The position numbers and the translations under genes were made by a program. Shown here piece by piece: positions 1 to 15,000 of a stretch of 64,000 nt of DNA. The notes beneath the pieces are model-generated. The model did not search any database, was not told the origin of the DNA, and saw only the letters and a program-made list of their open reading frames with translations. This DNA comes from Adineta vaga (taxonomy: Eukaryota > Animalia > Rotifera): NCBI GenBank assembly GCA_021613535.1, contig CP075492.1:9610001-9674000 (forward strand). Reading direction: 5' to 3'. Each line of letters begins with the position of its first letter. Position 1 is the first letter of the stretch.

Positions 1-3000
1 ATATGTCACGAAATCTCACCTTTTGGTATTCAAATTTCATACCGAAATTTCAAACCATCAAATCCGATGCACCATCGGTCTCTGTTATTCGCATTGGTGC
101 AAGGTAAAATATCTTCCTCTAGAAGGAAATATCTATTCTCTTTCGATCTTTAGTCGCGATAATCCACCAATGATTAGACTTGAATCACGATTATTTGGAA
201 CATTAGAAAAAGTTGAATTTGAATTTTTTCGATTATCACTACCAATCTCATGTCATGATAAATTTGTGCCAAGGTAACGTTCATAATTGTTTTGTTTCTG
301 TTCATTGAAAAGTTTCATTTTGAAAAGATATGTCACACTTGAACGACGTCAAATTGCTTTGAATCATTATCTTGATTCTCAAGTGGAAAAAAATAATTTT
401 TTATTTCCACAAAAAACGTTTTCATCTCCTCCAAGAGTTTCGATTGAACATGCAGATCTTCCATTAGCTAATAAAATTGCTCGTGATCCGAATAATTTAC
501 TAGTTAAATTTCGTGATCAATCTTCACTTAGAAATAATACAGTAGCTTCACGAAAAAGTTCATCACCTGTTACTCCACGACGTAAACCACAACGAAGATC
601 ATCGATCAGTAAAATCAATAATCTTTTCCATTATTTTCTCAAAGAACAACAACCAGATAAACGAATAATAAAATCAAGTACAAATGGTTCAGAAACACCA
701 AATAGCAATCGACATTTACAACCACCGCCTGTATTAAAACCTCAATTAAAATCCATGGGAAGTAGTGAAGGACGAAGATCAATTGGAGAATCTGATGGAG
801 AACTTCTTGATCAACAAGCGAATAATTCAGAATATGATGATATACGAATTATTAATGAACATGTTCATGAATATTATTATGCAGTAAGAATTTTACCTGG
901 TCAAAATGCACGTTCTGTCTTTGTCGGTTGGGTAACATCACGATTTCGACCCATCTATCGACGAGATGATACATCAACTAATAAATTAACAAAACTAATT
1001 CGACGTTGTACATTGATTCAAACAGCAGATGATGGTTTAATTGTTGACAGTATTCAACGACAAGATGCTTACATGTTTTGTGCTCAAGATCTATTAGATA
1101 ACATGGCAGATAAAGAAAATATTGCAAGACGTGTTACTAATGGTTTATTAATTGGATGTTTATGTGATGTATCAACTGGACAATTAACATTCTATATTAA
1201 TGGAAAAGAATCTCCACAAAAACTTCAGGTTGAACCTAGTACAAAACTATATCCAGCTGTATTTGTTGAACCAACTGTAAAAGAAGTTTTACAATTTGAA
1301 TTAGGACGTATTAAAGTAAAAAATAATAAATAGTACATAGAATGAGAAATCATTTTTATTGTATTCTTCTCTTGTAGAGTTGTTTACCATTAACAGCAGC
1401 TTTATTTCCAAGTTTAAGTCGTGAAGAACGTTATATTCCACGATTACCATCTCGCTTACAATTACAATCATTAGTTCATTGTCATTGGTCACGTGTACCG
1501 AATACAAATATTCGTTGTCAACAATTGAAATTATCAGAAATTCGTGGATGGAGTGTCTTTGTTGAAGATCCTGGTAGACTAGGCTTGTCTATCTTCATGA
1601 TTCTTTGTTGTTAATTCTTTTCTTTTTTGCATAATTACATAGTTTATATGGAAGCAGTGTACATTCCTGAAGATGATCGTTGCACAGATATGTTAAGTTT
1701 AGTTGAAGATGAAGATACTCTAAGCTTTTGTTCGAATACATTGAGACTCTATAGTGCTATATGTGCTCAAGGTAATAATCGTGTTTCACATGAAATCTGT
1801 AAACTTGTCGACGAGAAACAATTGATGTATTGTGTAAAAAATGCTTGTAAGTTCAATGTAAAAAAACTTTATATCGTTAGAAGAATTTTCATCTTTTCCA
1901 ATTAGATATTTGTGGACCTATTCGAATTGGTATATATGAATTACTTATTGCATTACATTTTGAACCGTACATTAAAACAAGGTAATAACTATGAATTAAA
2001 TTACGTCGTTTCGATACATTTGTTTTCTTTGTTGTAGAAATTTAACATCAACAGAATTTATTATTCCTTTATCAAATTCACTTCGAAATAATACTGTATT
2101 AAGTTCATACAATTCACTTCAACAAAGACAAAAGTTTGCATCATCAACATATATACCAGCCATGGAACAATTCGTCACTATAAGACCTAAATTAGTCAAA
2201 GAAGAAGAGTATGTCGATAAGATTCAACACAGTTGTACTAAATCTTCTTCAATCATTTCAGTTTTAAAGTTGATCAAGAACGAAAATTACTTGTTCCACC
2301 ACCTTTCAATGTTTCACAGCTAAAAGAATATATTATGCATTCATTGACAGATGCGATTGAAAAAAGTTCTCGTCATCTTCGCGATCCTGCTGGTGGATCG
2401 TATGCGAATTGGCTCGTGTAAATAATTCAATTGAATACTTCTTATCTATTTAAAATGTCTCTCATTTAGACCAATACTTCAATTAGTTGATGCTCTCTTA
2501 GTTATGGGATCTCTTGGTATAATAGACTAGCAATTAGTATTTCAACAATATATTGATTTTTGTTTCATTGTAGAAGAAAATGATATTCAACAATTATTAC
2601 GTTTGATTGATCCGACATCATTTGGTTCTAAAACAGATCGGTTTAATGAAGGTTTACTTCAAATGAAACTTGATGAACCAGTTAAACTTCAATTATGTTA
2701 CGTTTTACAACATCTATGTCGATACCAATTACAATATCGTATTGAAGGTATCATGGCATTTTCTGAAGATTTCGTCGCAAGATTACAAGCGGTAAGTCAA
2801 TCGTCTCGGCTCTACGAATATAAGAGAGAAACATATTTTTGATTCAGGATCAAAAACGACGTTATCATACTTTACAAGAAGCAAATCTTTCACCTGCACT
2901 AATGGCAAAGAAAACTCGAGAATTTCGTTGTCCACCAAAAGATCAAGTAAATGACAAAGATGATTTATGTTTTTCTTCTTAAAATAAACACGAAACATTC

Positions 3001-6000
3001 TTGACTTCGATTAGATGCAAGCATTAATGAATTTTAAAGATCATTCAAATAACATGACTAATGAAGGAATACATGAAGAACTTAAATTTATGATGAAAAA
3101 TTTTCACTTCAATCTTCTTACTTTACAACATGTTATAGAGGTTCGTAAGAGAAAGTACATTTTCATTCAAAGATGTTTGAATCATTCTTAAAATAGGCAG
3201 AAGAAATATTCGATGAAAAACCAAATATAAATAAAATTGATTCAAATGAACAAATCGCATTATTTCCACGTCTATTAGAAACAGCAATACGATATTCATT
3301 GAAAAAGAAAGATGAAGAAAAGGAAGTTCGTAGTAAACAAATAACATACAAATCTGAAAGTAAGTTAATCAAGAGAAAAAAATGAAGAATTTGCATGTTT
3401 CATTTTTAGAAACATTATCTGAAGTAATTAAATCAACAGTTATTAAATGGGGTCGTGCAACACATATCAATGATCCAAATCTAATTCGAGAAATGTTCAA
3501 ATTAATTTATAATCAATATGATGGCATTGGAGAAGTATGATTATTTATTTAAAATATTAGTTTATTATTTGTTTCTTCTTGTATAGATTGCTCGAAGTCT
3601 TGAACGAACTTATGTTGTCAATGAATCGTCAACATCTGATATCTTATTATTAGTACGTAAATTGAGTATTATTCGTGCGCTTTTAACTGTTCAAATGGAT
3701 TCGGATGAAGAAGGTATTATGATCGCTTGTTTAAAGTAAGTTTTTTTTTATTCTCTTAACAGATGATTAATCAAAGAATGAATTTAGTGATATTATGGAT
3801 AATCGAGTATTTTATCAACATCCAGATCTCATGCGTTCACTTTGTGTACATGAAACAGTGATGGCTATCATGGTCAATCGTTTGAATAAAAGTAAACAGG
3901 AACAAACATCAATGAATGAACTTGATGGTTTGATACAAGCAAATGACAATGGTGAAAGTCAAGAGACGCATTCATCGAAAGTACAATGAAGGAATTCTTC
4001 TTTCTTTTGTTTCCCAAGAAAAATGTTGTTCATTGTTTAGGATGATAAAGTTGAACTTGTAACAACTTGTTGCAAATTTTTATCGTATTTTTCTCGAACA
4101 TCACGTCATAATCAACGAGCAATGTTTGAACATTTAAGTTATCTATTAGAAAATAGTTCAATGTTACTTTGTATAAGACTTAATGTATTAAAAGAGACTA
4201 GTGAATCAGTATTGTTCTTGTATTATAGCTCGTCCATCGCTTCGTGGTTCGGCACCATTGGATGTCGCTAGTGCTAGTGTTATGGATAATAATGAACTAG
4301 CATTAGCATTACGAGAATCACATTTAGAAAAGATTGCATCATATCTATCTCGGTGTGGTACAACAAGAAATGAAGAATTATTTCTACAAGGTTATCATGA
4401 TATTGGTTGGGATCCAGTTGATGGCGAACGGTCAGTTGATTTTGTAGAGAAATTTCACTTGATGTACTCTATTTCATTTGTTATTAATTAGATTTCTTGA
4501 TTTTTTGAAATTTTGTGTATGGGTTAATGGTAAGTTATATGAGAAGAAATTTTTTGTTTTTGAAATTGCATCGTTGATATTTATTCTAGGTGATACAGTC
4601 GAAGAAAATGCAGATTTAGTTGTACGTCTACTAATACGTCGTCCGGATTGTTTAGGTCCAGCATTGAGAGGTGAAGGTGGTGGCTTATTGAAAGCAATAC
4701 GAGAAGGTATTGCACAATCACTCTATATTGCACGACGACAAGATCCTGATGATCCAGTAGTTGAAGCTGCTTATCAAGAAATCATTGATGATGAAAGCAT
4801 GCATAATTTAAATGAAGAGTTGTAAGTGATTTACATTTAAATTGTAGATATTATCTAAATAGATAACTAAATATTTAATTTTAGTGATCGTCTTCAAGTT
4901 CGTTTACCCTATGTCGATGATGAAGAATATATTGATTTAGGTGCAGCAGAATTATCATTCTATGCTATTTTAGTGGAATTATTAGGTCGATGTGCACCAT
5001 CAGAAGAACTAATTCGATTAGGCAAACCAAATGCAGTTCGAGCCAAATCGATTCTTAAAAGTCTTGTTTCGATGCATGATCTTGAAGGAGTTCTTGGTCT
5101 ACGATTTCTTCTACCATGTAAATAAATATAAATTTATTCTATTCAAATTCGAATGCATTTTTTTCTTTTTATTCAAGTTGAAAATTCAATGCCACCTGGT
5201 CTTTTACCTTCGCATAAAATGTCTACAATACTCTTTCTAGAACGTGTTTATGGTATTCCAGATCAAGAAACATTCTTTAGTCTTATTGAAGATGCCTTTA
5301 TTCCTGATATTCGTGCAGCAACAATACTAGAAATGGTAATACAAACTTTCATTAGATTTTATTACTTTGATAAATTTTATTTTTTTTCAGGCTGTCGTAG
5401 CTGATAGTGACATGGCATTAGCATTAAATCGTTATCTATGTACGAATGTAATTCCATTAATGAAATCACATGCACACTATTTTGATGATTGTGATCACCA
5501 TTCAACACTTCTTCAATTGATATTACATCTTGTTTATCGTCTATCAAAAAGTCATTCATTAACCAAAAGTCAATTGGATATAATCTGTGATTTCTTACTC
5601 ATCTTCGCCAGGTATTACTTTTCGAACAAAGAATTGATAAGAAAAAACATTTTTCTTATTTAGTCAACTAAAACCATCAATGATGACACCATTATTAAAA
5701 CAATTAGTTCATGATGTACCGGCCTTAACTGAACAAACAATTGTACCATTGAGAGTATATTAATTAAGATTATTATTATTATTATTATTTTAAAAAATGA
5801 AATAAATAATTCGTTTAGATGTTAACACAATGGTATGAACGATGCTGTCGTTATTATACAATTGCAGCGACAGAAGAAGAAAAACGATTAACTATGTTGC
5901 TATTTCAAAAGATTTTTGATGCACTCGCATCACGAGTATGTATTTTAATCGAATGATTATTAGACGATTTTTTCTTCTGAATTCAATTTGTAATTCTGTA

Positions 6001-9000
6001 AAATGTTTGTTAGGATTATGATCCTGAATTGTTTGGCAAAGCACTTCCATGTCTAACTGGTAAGTTCATCACAGAAAATAGTACAATCTATTTACTCGTT
6101 TTTCTAATAGCTATTGGTAGTGCTCTATCACCGGACTATTCATATTCATCTAGTCAAGATGATCGTCTGGATGACGAACAAGAGAAATTGGAAATGAATC
6201 GTCCATATGAACCAAAACCAACTGATACATCAACGTAAGTTAAACAAATAAATTTAGATCGAAAAATAAATATCTCAATATGTATTTTGCTAGTATTTTA
6301 TTAATTCCGACGTTAGAAGAACTTGTTAGAGCTTATGCAGAAAGTGTTCATGATCAATGGTCATACACAAAAGTAATAGTGAAATAATAATTCTAATTTT
6401 AATATAAATAACTGTATGTAGATTGAACAAGGTTGGGTATATGGTGACAAAATCAATGCTAAATATCGTCAACATCCGAATTTAAAACCATATAAACTTC
6501 TTGATCGAAAGGTTTCGTCTATTGATATCTTGTCAATTTTTTATCTTGAATATTTTTTATCTAGGATATTGCAAAGTTAGAAGAATCTATTCGAGAAGCA
6601 TTAAAAGCAATTGAAAAACTACATTATCAATTAGAAAAGACAAGTACGGGTCTAACGCGTGTTCCGACAAAACCACTTCAACGAAAAAAAGGAAAAGTAA
6701 GATCTTACGCAGTTTATTGCTAATAATTTACTTTTCTCCGTAGGATAAAAACACGATGGATTACATTCCGAAAGCTATGGATTTTAGTAGTGTAACAATG
6801 AATCGAGAAATGCAGGTAAGAAACATTCAACAACAAATATTTACTCAGAATTGTTTCTAATTTTCATATAAGAAATGTATTTATCTATTTTCAGGATTTA
6901 TCCGAAGCATTAGCTCAAAATGCTCATGAAATTTGGGCTAAAGAATTGAAAACTCGTCTTGTTGCAATTGGTGATTAACTATATTTATTGTCTTCAAAAC
7001 AAATGATTTCTCTTTCTTCTTACTATTCTTCAGGTGGTGGTCTTCATTCTCGATTGGTACCATATGAATTATTAACAGATACAGAAAAACAAAAAGATCT
7101 GAAATTCTATCAAGATCTTGTCAAATATCTAAACATATCTGGGTATCGTGTTGTCAAGTAAAAGAAAATTTCATTTTTATATTTCTAAATCTGTCGATCC
7201 CTTCTCGTTTGTTTAGAACATCTGAAGACGAACATATTGATATAACACTAAATGCACATCATACGACATCAGCACCACCAATTCCTAATGAGAAACGTTT
7301 TGCTTATAGTTTATTAGAAAAACTACTTGAATATGTTGAACGAACATCATTCACAATGCAAAGTTATAAAGAAAGTTCAAAGTTTTCATTGCATGAAACA
7401 TATGCTTTAATAACCAAAGATGTGAAATTTTTCGGCAAAGTAAAAACAAATTCGATGAAATTATTCTAAAATGTGAAATCAATATTTTTAGGTTGTTTTA
7501 CCATTGATTGAAAAATATTTTCGAGCACATCGAGATTATTTCATTACACCGTCATCATTGAAAAGTGGTACTGGATATGCAACAGTTAAAGAAAAAGAAA
7601 TGTGCTGTAGTTTATTTTGTAAATTGGCTTATTTATTACGTGAAAAATTTATTGCATTTGGAAATTATGTTGGTATATCAGTTCGTTGTTTAAAAGTTCT
7701 TGTTCGAGCTATTGATGTTAGGTGTGTATACAAGCAGAAGAAAAAAGTCAAATTGATACATTGATATGTTTATTTTGTTTTCATAGTTCAGTGATGAAAA
7801 ATAGTCAAGAAATGGTTCGTGCTTCATTGTTACCACTATTCAATAATATTGCCGAAGATTTGAATCAAACTGTACGTAATTTAGAACAAAATCGATTCAG
7901 TAATATGAAAGGAACATTACATCGTGGTACAACTAGTTTGATATATTTACACATGGTTCTCTTACCTGTACTCTTTTCAATGTTGGATCATTTGGGAAAG
8001 AATAATTATGGTGTTGATGTATTTGGTAAGATATAAATACAGTTCATTTCGATGTATTATCATCAATGATATCTTTTTTTTTCATTTAGATAATGAACTT
8101 CAATTAGCTGGTTATAAAATTCTACATTCTCTATGGGTTATTGGTACACAGGGTGCATCTTTTGTTGATCGGTAAGTATTCAATGATTGATTTAGTATGA
8201 AATCTGTTCGCTTTCATTTCAAGACAATGGATTATTGATGAATTGAATCGTTATCGTCCATTACTTGGTGATTGTTTAAGTGCATTTGCTGCATGTTTTC
8301 CAGTAGCATTCTTTGAACCTGAATTCAATGCGAATAATAAAAATGCCACAGACGTTTCACTACTATCACCAGAAGCGAGCGGTAGACAAAATAATATCTT
8401 AATAACATAATTTAATTTTCGTTTTTGAATAGAGGTGATGATAAATATCTCACAGACAATTCCGCATCTACCGAAAATCATAACAGATATCGAAGAACAT
8501 GCGGTATCAAAAGTGAAATATGGATATGCACCTGATGTTGTCGAAGTTATTCTTCCATGTGTTTGTTCTTACCTATCATATTGGTGGTCAAATGGGCCAC
8601 AGAAAACAAAACAACCAATTGAGTATGTTAAGAGTTTCTCATTGCTCTTATTTTCATATTTATCATTTTGATTAGACCAAAAGTAACAAATGTAACAGCA
8701 AATCATATGAACTCCGTATTGGGTAGTGTATTGAAATTAATTAACAGTAATATCGATGCAGTTGAAGCTCCATGGATGAAACGTATTGCAGGTAATTGTT
8801 TATTTTAATAAACATATTTATTGCTACTTCTTTCTATTGTCATTTATTTTCCGAATAATTGAATAACTGAAATTTAATTAAAATCGTTTTTATCTATAGT
8901 CTATACTCAAGCAATTATTTTCAATTCATCAACGAAACTTCTTGAACCATATTTTGTACCATTATCCAGATGTTTAAAGGCAAAATGTGATGATATTTAT

Positions 9001-12000
9001 ATACAAGAACAAGCTTTAAAACATGCTACGCGTATTGAATCAATTGAACGTGAAGATCTTGAATCTAATTTAATGAAAGTAAGTTTATTTTTTGAATTAC
9101 AATTCTTACCATTATACATTATGTTCGATTAGAATTATGAAATTCTTGTTCGTGATGTGTATGCTTTTGGACCATTACTAATTAAATATGTGGATATTCA
9201 TCGATCCTATTGGCTTAAACACGGTGACATTCATGCTGATGAATTGTATAATAATATGGCTGAAGTCTTTTCTGTATGGTGTAAATCTAAAGTAAGTTAA
9301 AAAAGATAATAATCAATGTTGATATCAATCTTGTTTCTTAGTTTTTCAAACGTGAAGAAATCAATTTTGCAAGTCAAAACAATATTGATAATACCAGTAT
9401 GTTAATGCCTAGTGGAACTAAACAAAAAACAGTCAATGTATTACCAATTCGAAAACAAAACGATATGGTAGGAAAACAGAAACGAAAAAAACGTCGAGTT
9501 GATAAAGAGAAATTTACATCGTTAACTGTGGCTTGTATAAAACGTTTATTACCGATTGGTATTAATACATTCGGAGGACGAGAACAAGAACTCGTACAAT
9601 TAGCAAAACAAAAAATGATTGAAGTAAGAAACAATGATCAACCGTTAAAGAATTCTTATTTTACACATCTATATATTTCTTAGATGAAACTTGAACAAAT
9701 CGAAAAAGTCGAAAGTCCATCTGATGAACAAACCCTATTAGATTTAACGGTTTGTTAATACTTTATTGCAACTTTCTTTGATTGAAATTATCATTTTCAT
9801 AGACTGATGAAGAAGAAACCATCGAAGAATTTCTTCGAGATATATGTCATGCTCAAGAACAAGTATTCTATTCATTTCTATTGATCTTTCATCTATCTAT
9901 TGATGTATTTATAGGGTGAAGTAGTGAATAAAAATACTTGGCAAAGTGCATTATATCGTAAGATTGGATCGAAATCACATCATACTGAAATCATTCATTC
10001 TCATGAAGCATCAATAAAAAAGATGTTAAAAATGTCGAAAGTTTTATTTGGATTAAATTTTGTCGATCATCCTCCATTACATCGTCGTAGTACACGACGA
10101 AAACTTGTTTCGTCTCAACGTAAAAAAGCCATCATGGCTTGTTTTCGTATGGCACCATTACATTCAGTGATACGGCATGGAGCAATGAATATGTTCTTAC
10201 GTACTTATCGAGAACTTTGGTTAGAAACGGAGGAAGATATTCGTGCACGTTTAATTGAAAACCTTTGTGTAATTAGATTTTTTATAAAGTATTTCTTGCT
10301 ATCTCTGATGTTCTTATAGGAAGAAGACAATGAAAATATAGCTGAACAAGAAGTAACAGTCATTAAAGAAGAAACAAAAACAGAAACTGAAAGTTTAATA
10401 TTAACAATGACAATTAAACCTGATCCATTAAGACAATTATTACAATGTTTAAATCGATCAGCAACTACAGCACAAGTTTTTTCTGTTAATGATGATCCTC
10501 TACATATAGCATATTCGACTATTATGAGTGAAGTAAGATTGATTCTATTGGATGTAAAGAAAAATGTTGAATTCTATTTGAAATATTCATTTTGAAGAGT
10601 TGTGTTATTGAAGAAGATGATGATGATGCTGGAGGAGAAGATGTGAAATCATTTCAAGTAAATGAAATTTTGTAAATGATTCAATATTCATTGGAAGATT
10701 TTAGGAACAAGAAATGGAAAAACAAAAATTACTCTATGAACAAAATCGTTTAGCTAATCGAGGTGCTGCTGAAACTGTTTTGTTATATATAAGTGCAAGC
10801 AAAGGTATGTTAATGATTGTTGAATTCATTCATTCATTCATTCATTCATTCATGCAATATAAATTAACCAATTTAGGTGAAAATAATGAAATGCTTCGAC
10901 GAACATTACAACTTGGTATATCATTATTACATGGTGGAAACCGAGAAGTTCAAAAAGTAAATGAACTGAACTTGATTCGTTTGTTATCAAAGGTTTTTGA
11001 ATTCCTTCTTTTTTTAGCGAATGTTGGATTATTTAAAAGAAACGAAAGATGTAGGATGTTTTACTTCCTTAGCAGCATTAATGGCAAATTGTAGTGTACT
11101 TGATCTCGATACATTTGAACGTTGCATTAAAGCAGAAGTTCTTGGTATTGTTCGACAATCATGCTTTTAGTTGTATATGGATATTTTCTTTTCAGGTGTT
11201 GGTTCTGAAGGCATGGCTGGTGAAAAGAATTTACATGATGCTGATTTTACTATTTCACTTTTTCGTTTTTGTCAACTTTTATGTGAAGGACATAATCTTG
11301 AATTTCAAAATTATCTTCGTTCACAACCTGGAAGTAATACCAGTGTGAATATTATCATTTGTACAGTGGATTATTTACTAACATTACAAGTAATTTTAAA
11401 GAAAGTTTAATCTATTTCGATATTTTAGTTTTTCATTTAGGAATCTCTTATGGATTTCTATTGGCATTATTCAGGCAAAGAAACAGTTGATGCACATGGA
11501 AGAGAAAATTTTTGTCGAGCTATCAATGTAGCTAAACAAGTTTTTAATACATTAACTGAATATATTCAAGTAGATTTTTAAAACATTTGATGGCATATTT
11601 CCGCACATACATTCTTATCTAGGGTCCATGTCCACAGAATCAACTAGCATTGGCTAACAGTCGATTATGGGATGCAATTTCGGGTTTTCTTTATCTTTTT
11701 GCACATATGCAACGAAAATTATCTCAAGTAAAATTTTGCGTTTTTTTTGCATCTTTCGATCATTTTTGTTTTGATTTCTTAGGATCCGATTCAAATTGAA
11801 TTATTGCGTGAACTAATTAAATTACAAAAAGATATGATTATCATGTTATTATCAATGCTTGAAGGTAAATGAAATAATCAATCTTTTTCATCATTGAACA
11901 TCATGATTTCTTCGTTTTAGGAAATGTACTCAATGGTCCAAGTAAGTTGTCTCTTTTCTTCTAATCAAAAGATATGTCATAAAATCTATGTTAACTAGTT

Positions 12001-15000
12001 GGTAAACAAATGGTTGATACATTATTTGAATCTCAAGCTAATGTGGAATTATTATTACAATTTTTCGATATATTTCTTAAAATGAAAGGTTTAACTGCTT
12101 CCGAAGCTTTTCAAGAATTTGATACGAATAAAGATGGATTTATATCTCCAAAAGAATTTCGTCGAGCGATGGAAGCACAAAAGATGTATTCAAAGTAAAA
12201 TCAGTTTGAATTTAAATTCAATTTATTTCAATAAATTCGTTGTTTTTAGTCAAGATATTGATTATATTCTCATGTGTGTGGACACGAATCAAGATGGAAA
12301 AATTGATTTTATGGAATTTACTGATCGATTTCATACACCAGCAAAAGATATTGGTTTTAATATGGCTGTTTTATTAACAAATCTATCTGAACATATGCCA
12401 CATGATACACGTTTACAACGATTATTAGATAAAAGCAAAAGTTTTCTATCACATTTTCAAGCTTATCTTGGAAGAATTGAAATAAAAGGTGGAGCTGGTT
12501 ATATTGAACGTGTTTATTTCGAAATAACTGAATCAAATATTGACCAATGGAATAAACCACATATTAAAGTTCGATTTTTTTCGAATAATAATATTTAAAG
12601 TTTCTTTCGTTTTCATTTAGGAATCCAAGAAAGCATTTTTACATTTAGTTGTGAATGAAACAGATGATAAAGAAAAACTCGAACAATTTATTAATTTTTG
12701 TGAAGATACTATCTTTGAAGTAGGATTGTCTGAAATCAAACTCGTTTTTGATTGATTTCTTTTTCCTAGATGCAACATGCAGTTGCTCTCAGCGGTGAAG
12801 ATGATGAACAAGCCTCACCTACATCCTCACCTAGCAGTGAATTCAGTTTAACTCAAACAACTACATCAAGTTCTTTGAAAGGTGCCGTTTCAAATATGTG
12901 GTCAAGTATCAAATATCTTTTTTATTTACTTCATCCAACAACAATTCAACATGGATATAAACAATTTCGACAATTGACATTTAAAGATGTAATTAAAGGA
13001 TTTTATTCCACAGTCATTGGATGTATTCGATTACTATTTACCGTCGTTATGTGTAGTGCAAGGTATGTGAAAATATATCTTTATAAAAAAAGGCCTACTT
13101 TTAAAATGAAACAGTAAAAGTAGTGTAATGTTTTATTTTAAAGAATATTTTGTAAATATGTTTGATGTATATTTAGAACGGTAACTTATTGTGTATATTC
13201 AATGATGAATGAAGATGGACATCGAGAACGAAAACATTCTGAAAGAATCGCTTTACCTCCACCAATCAAACGTCGTGATCATCAGCTGCGTATGTTTTTG
13301 TATTTTATACTAATGATTTTGCATCAAGTTCTACTTTTAGCATCGGTCAGTGTCATGCAAAATGGTTTTAGTACTGCTACAAATTCGATACCGGCTAATA
13401 CGTTAGGAGCAGATCATCGTTTAGAACCGACATTAAATCCAAAGTAAACCTTTCAAATGATTTTTTTTCTTGATTTTAAAGAGATATATTTCATTTTTTT
13501 AGAATGCCTTTAACTACTGAAGAAATGAATTTGCTTAACTTTGATCATACTCGATCTTTTGATGCTCATCAAAAACCTTTATTTATTCATAGTATTGATT
13601 CATCAAAATCTCAACATGCACCATCTACAATTACAACAACAACGCATCTAACGCCTATGACATATAATCATCAACATCAACATACAATTACAGCGTCTGT
13701 ACCTCATCAACCACATCTAACAACAACAATCAATATGTCACAAAATGTAATTGAACAATCAAAACATGCACTTACCGTAAGTATCTATGACTTTATTTTG
13801 TTAGTATTTCTCTTTTCTCTTCAGATTGATATTAAAGCAGAATATCATCATAAACGACCATCGAATAGTATCAATGTGGGATTGATTGAAGATGATGAAG
13901 TCATTCATCCTGAACCACATGGACATGCAGATTTTGGAAAAAAAGCTCTGGTAAATAACAAAAATATTGATTTAAACTGCATTACTTAGAGTTTGTCCTT
14001 CAATCACTTCAAGGAATTTTTTAATTAAGCTAAATTTATTAATTGAATTGACATCTCTTAAATCATAAATGGTAAACAGGATTTGGAAATCTTAGAGAAA
14101 TAGAACATCCTTTGTCTTCTATTTCGAAGACAGAAGTATTCTGATGAAATATATATTTTAAATTAGGCATTGGTAGCAAGAAATTATCATCAATTGAAAT
14201 TTATGGCTCTGTGTCTTGCTTTCGTTATCAATTTTCTTATGTTATTCTATAAGGCACGTTTTTATTTCTATATGTATCTTCCAGATATTTCATCGATGAA
14301 TATTTCTAGGCGATGCCAACAACTTTACCAACACTGGTTCCTTCCGATGCAATTGAACGCATTGATGATGATGAAAATGAAGTAATCATGATGGATCCAG
14401 AAAATTACTTTCTGATTTATCTATTGAAACTCAGTGCATTTCTACATTCATCCATTGCGTTCTTAATGATGATTAGTTATTATAAATTAAAAGTAATGAA
14501 CACATCAAATCTTTTCTCTCTTTTACCATCGACGTTTCATCTTCTAGGTTCCATTAGTCATATTCAAACGAGAGAAAGAAATCGCTCGAAAATTAGAATT
14601 CGAAGGAGCTTGGTTAATCGATCAGCCAAGTGAAAATAATTCTTGGCTATTATCTTATTTATCACGTGAATGGCATAAACTTGTTATAAGTTCAAAGTCA
14701 TTTCCCGATTCTTACTGGGATAAATTTGTTAAGAAGAAAGTTCGAAATAAATATTCCGATCAATTTGATTACGATGAATTAAATCGATTTTTGGGCATGG
14801 AAAAAACTGATACACCAGGAAAATTTGAAATTGTTAAAACAGTCGAAAGCGGTTTATGGGGAAAGTATGAGAATTAACGATATGCAGTAATAGATGAAAA
14901 TTGCTTGTTGATTTGATGTTTTAGAATAAAATCAATCGATATACGTTATCAAATTTGGAAATGGGGCGTTATTTTTACGGATAATGTATGTATGAAAGAG

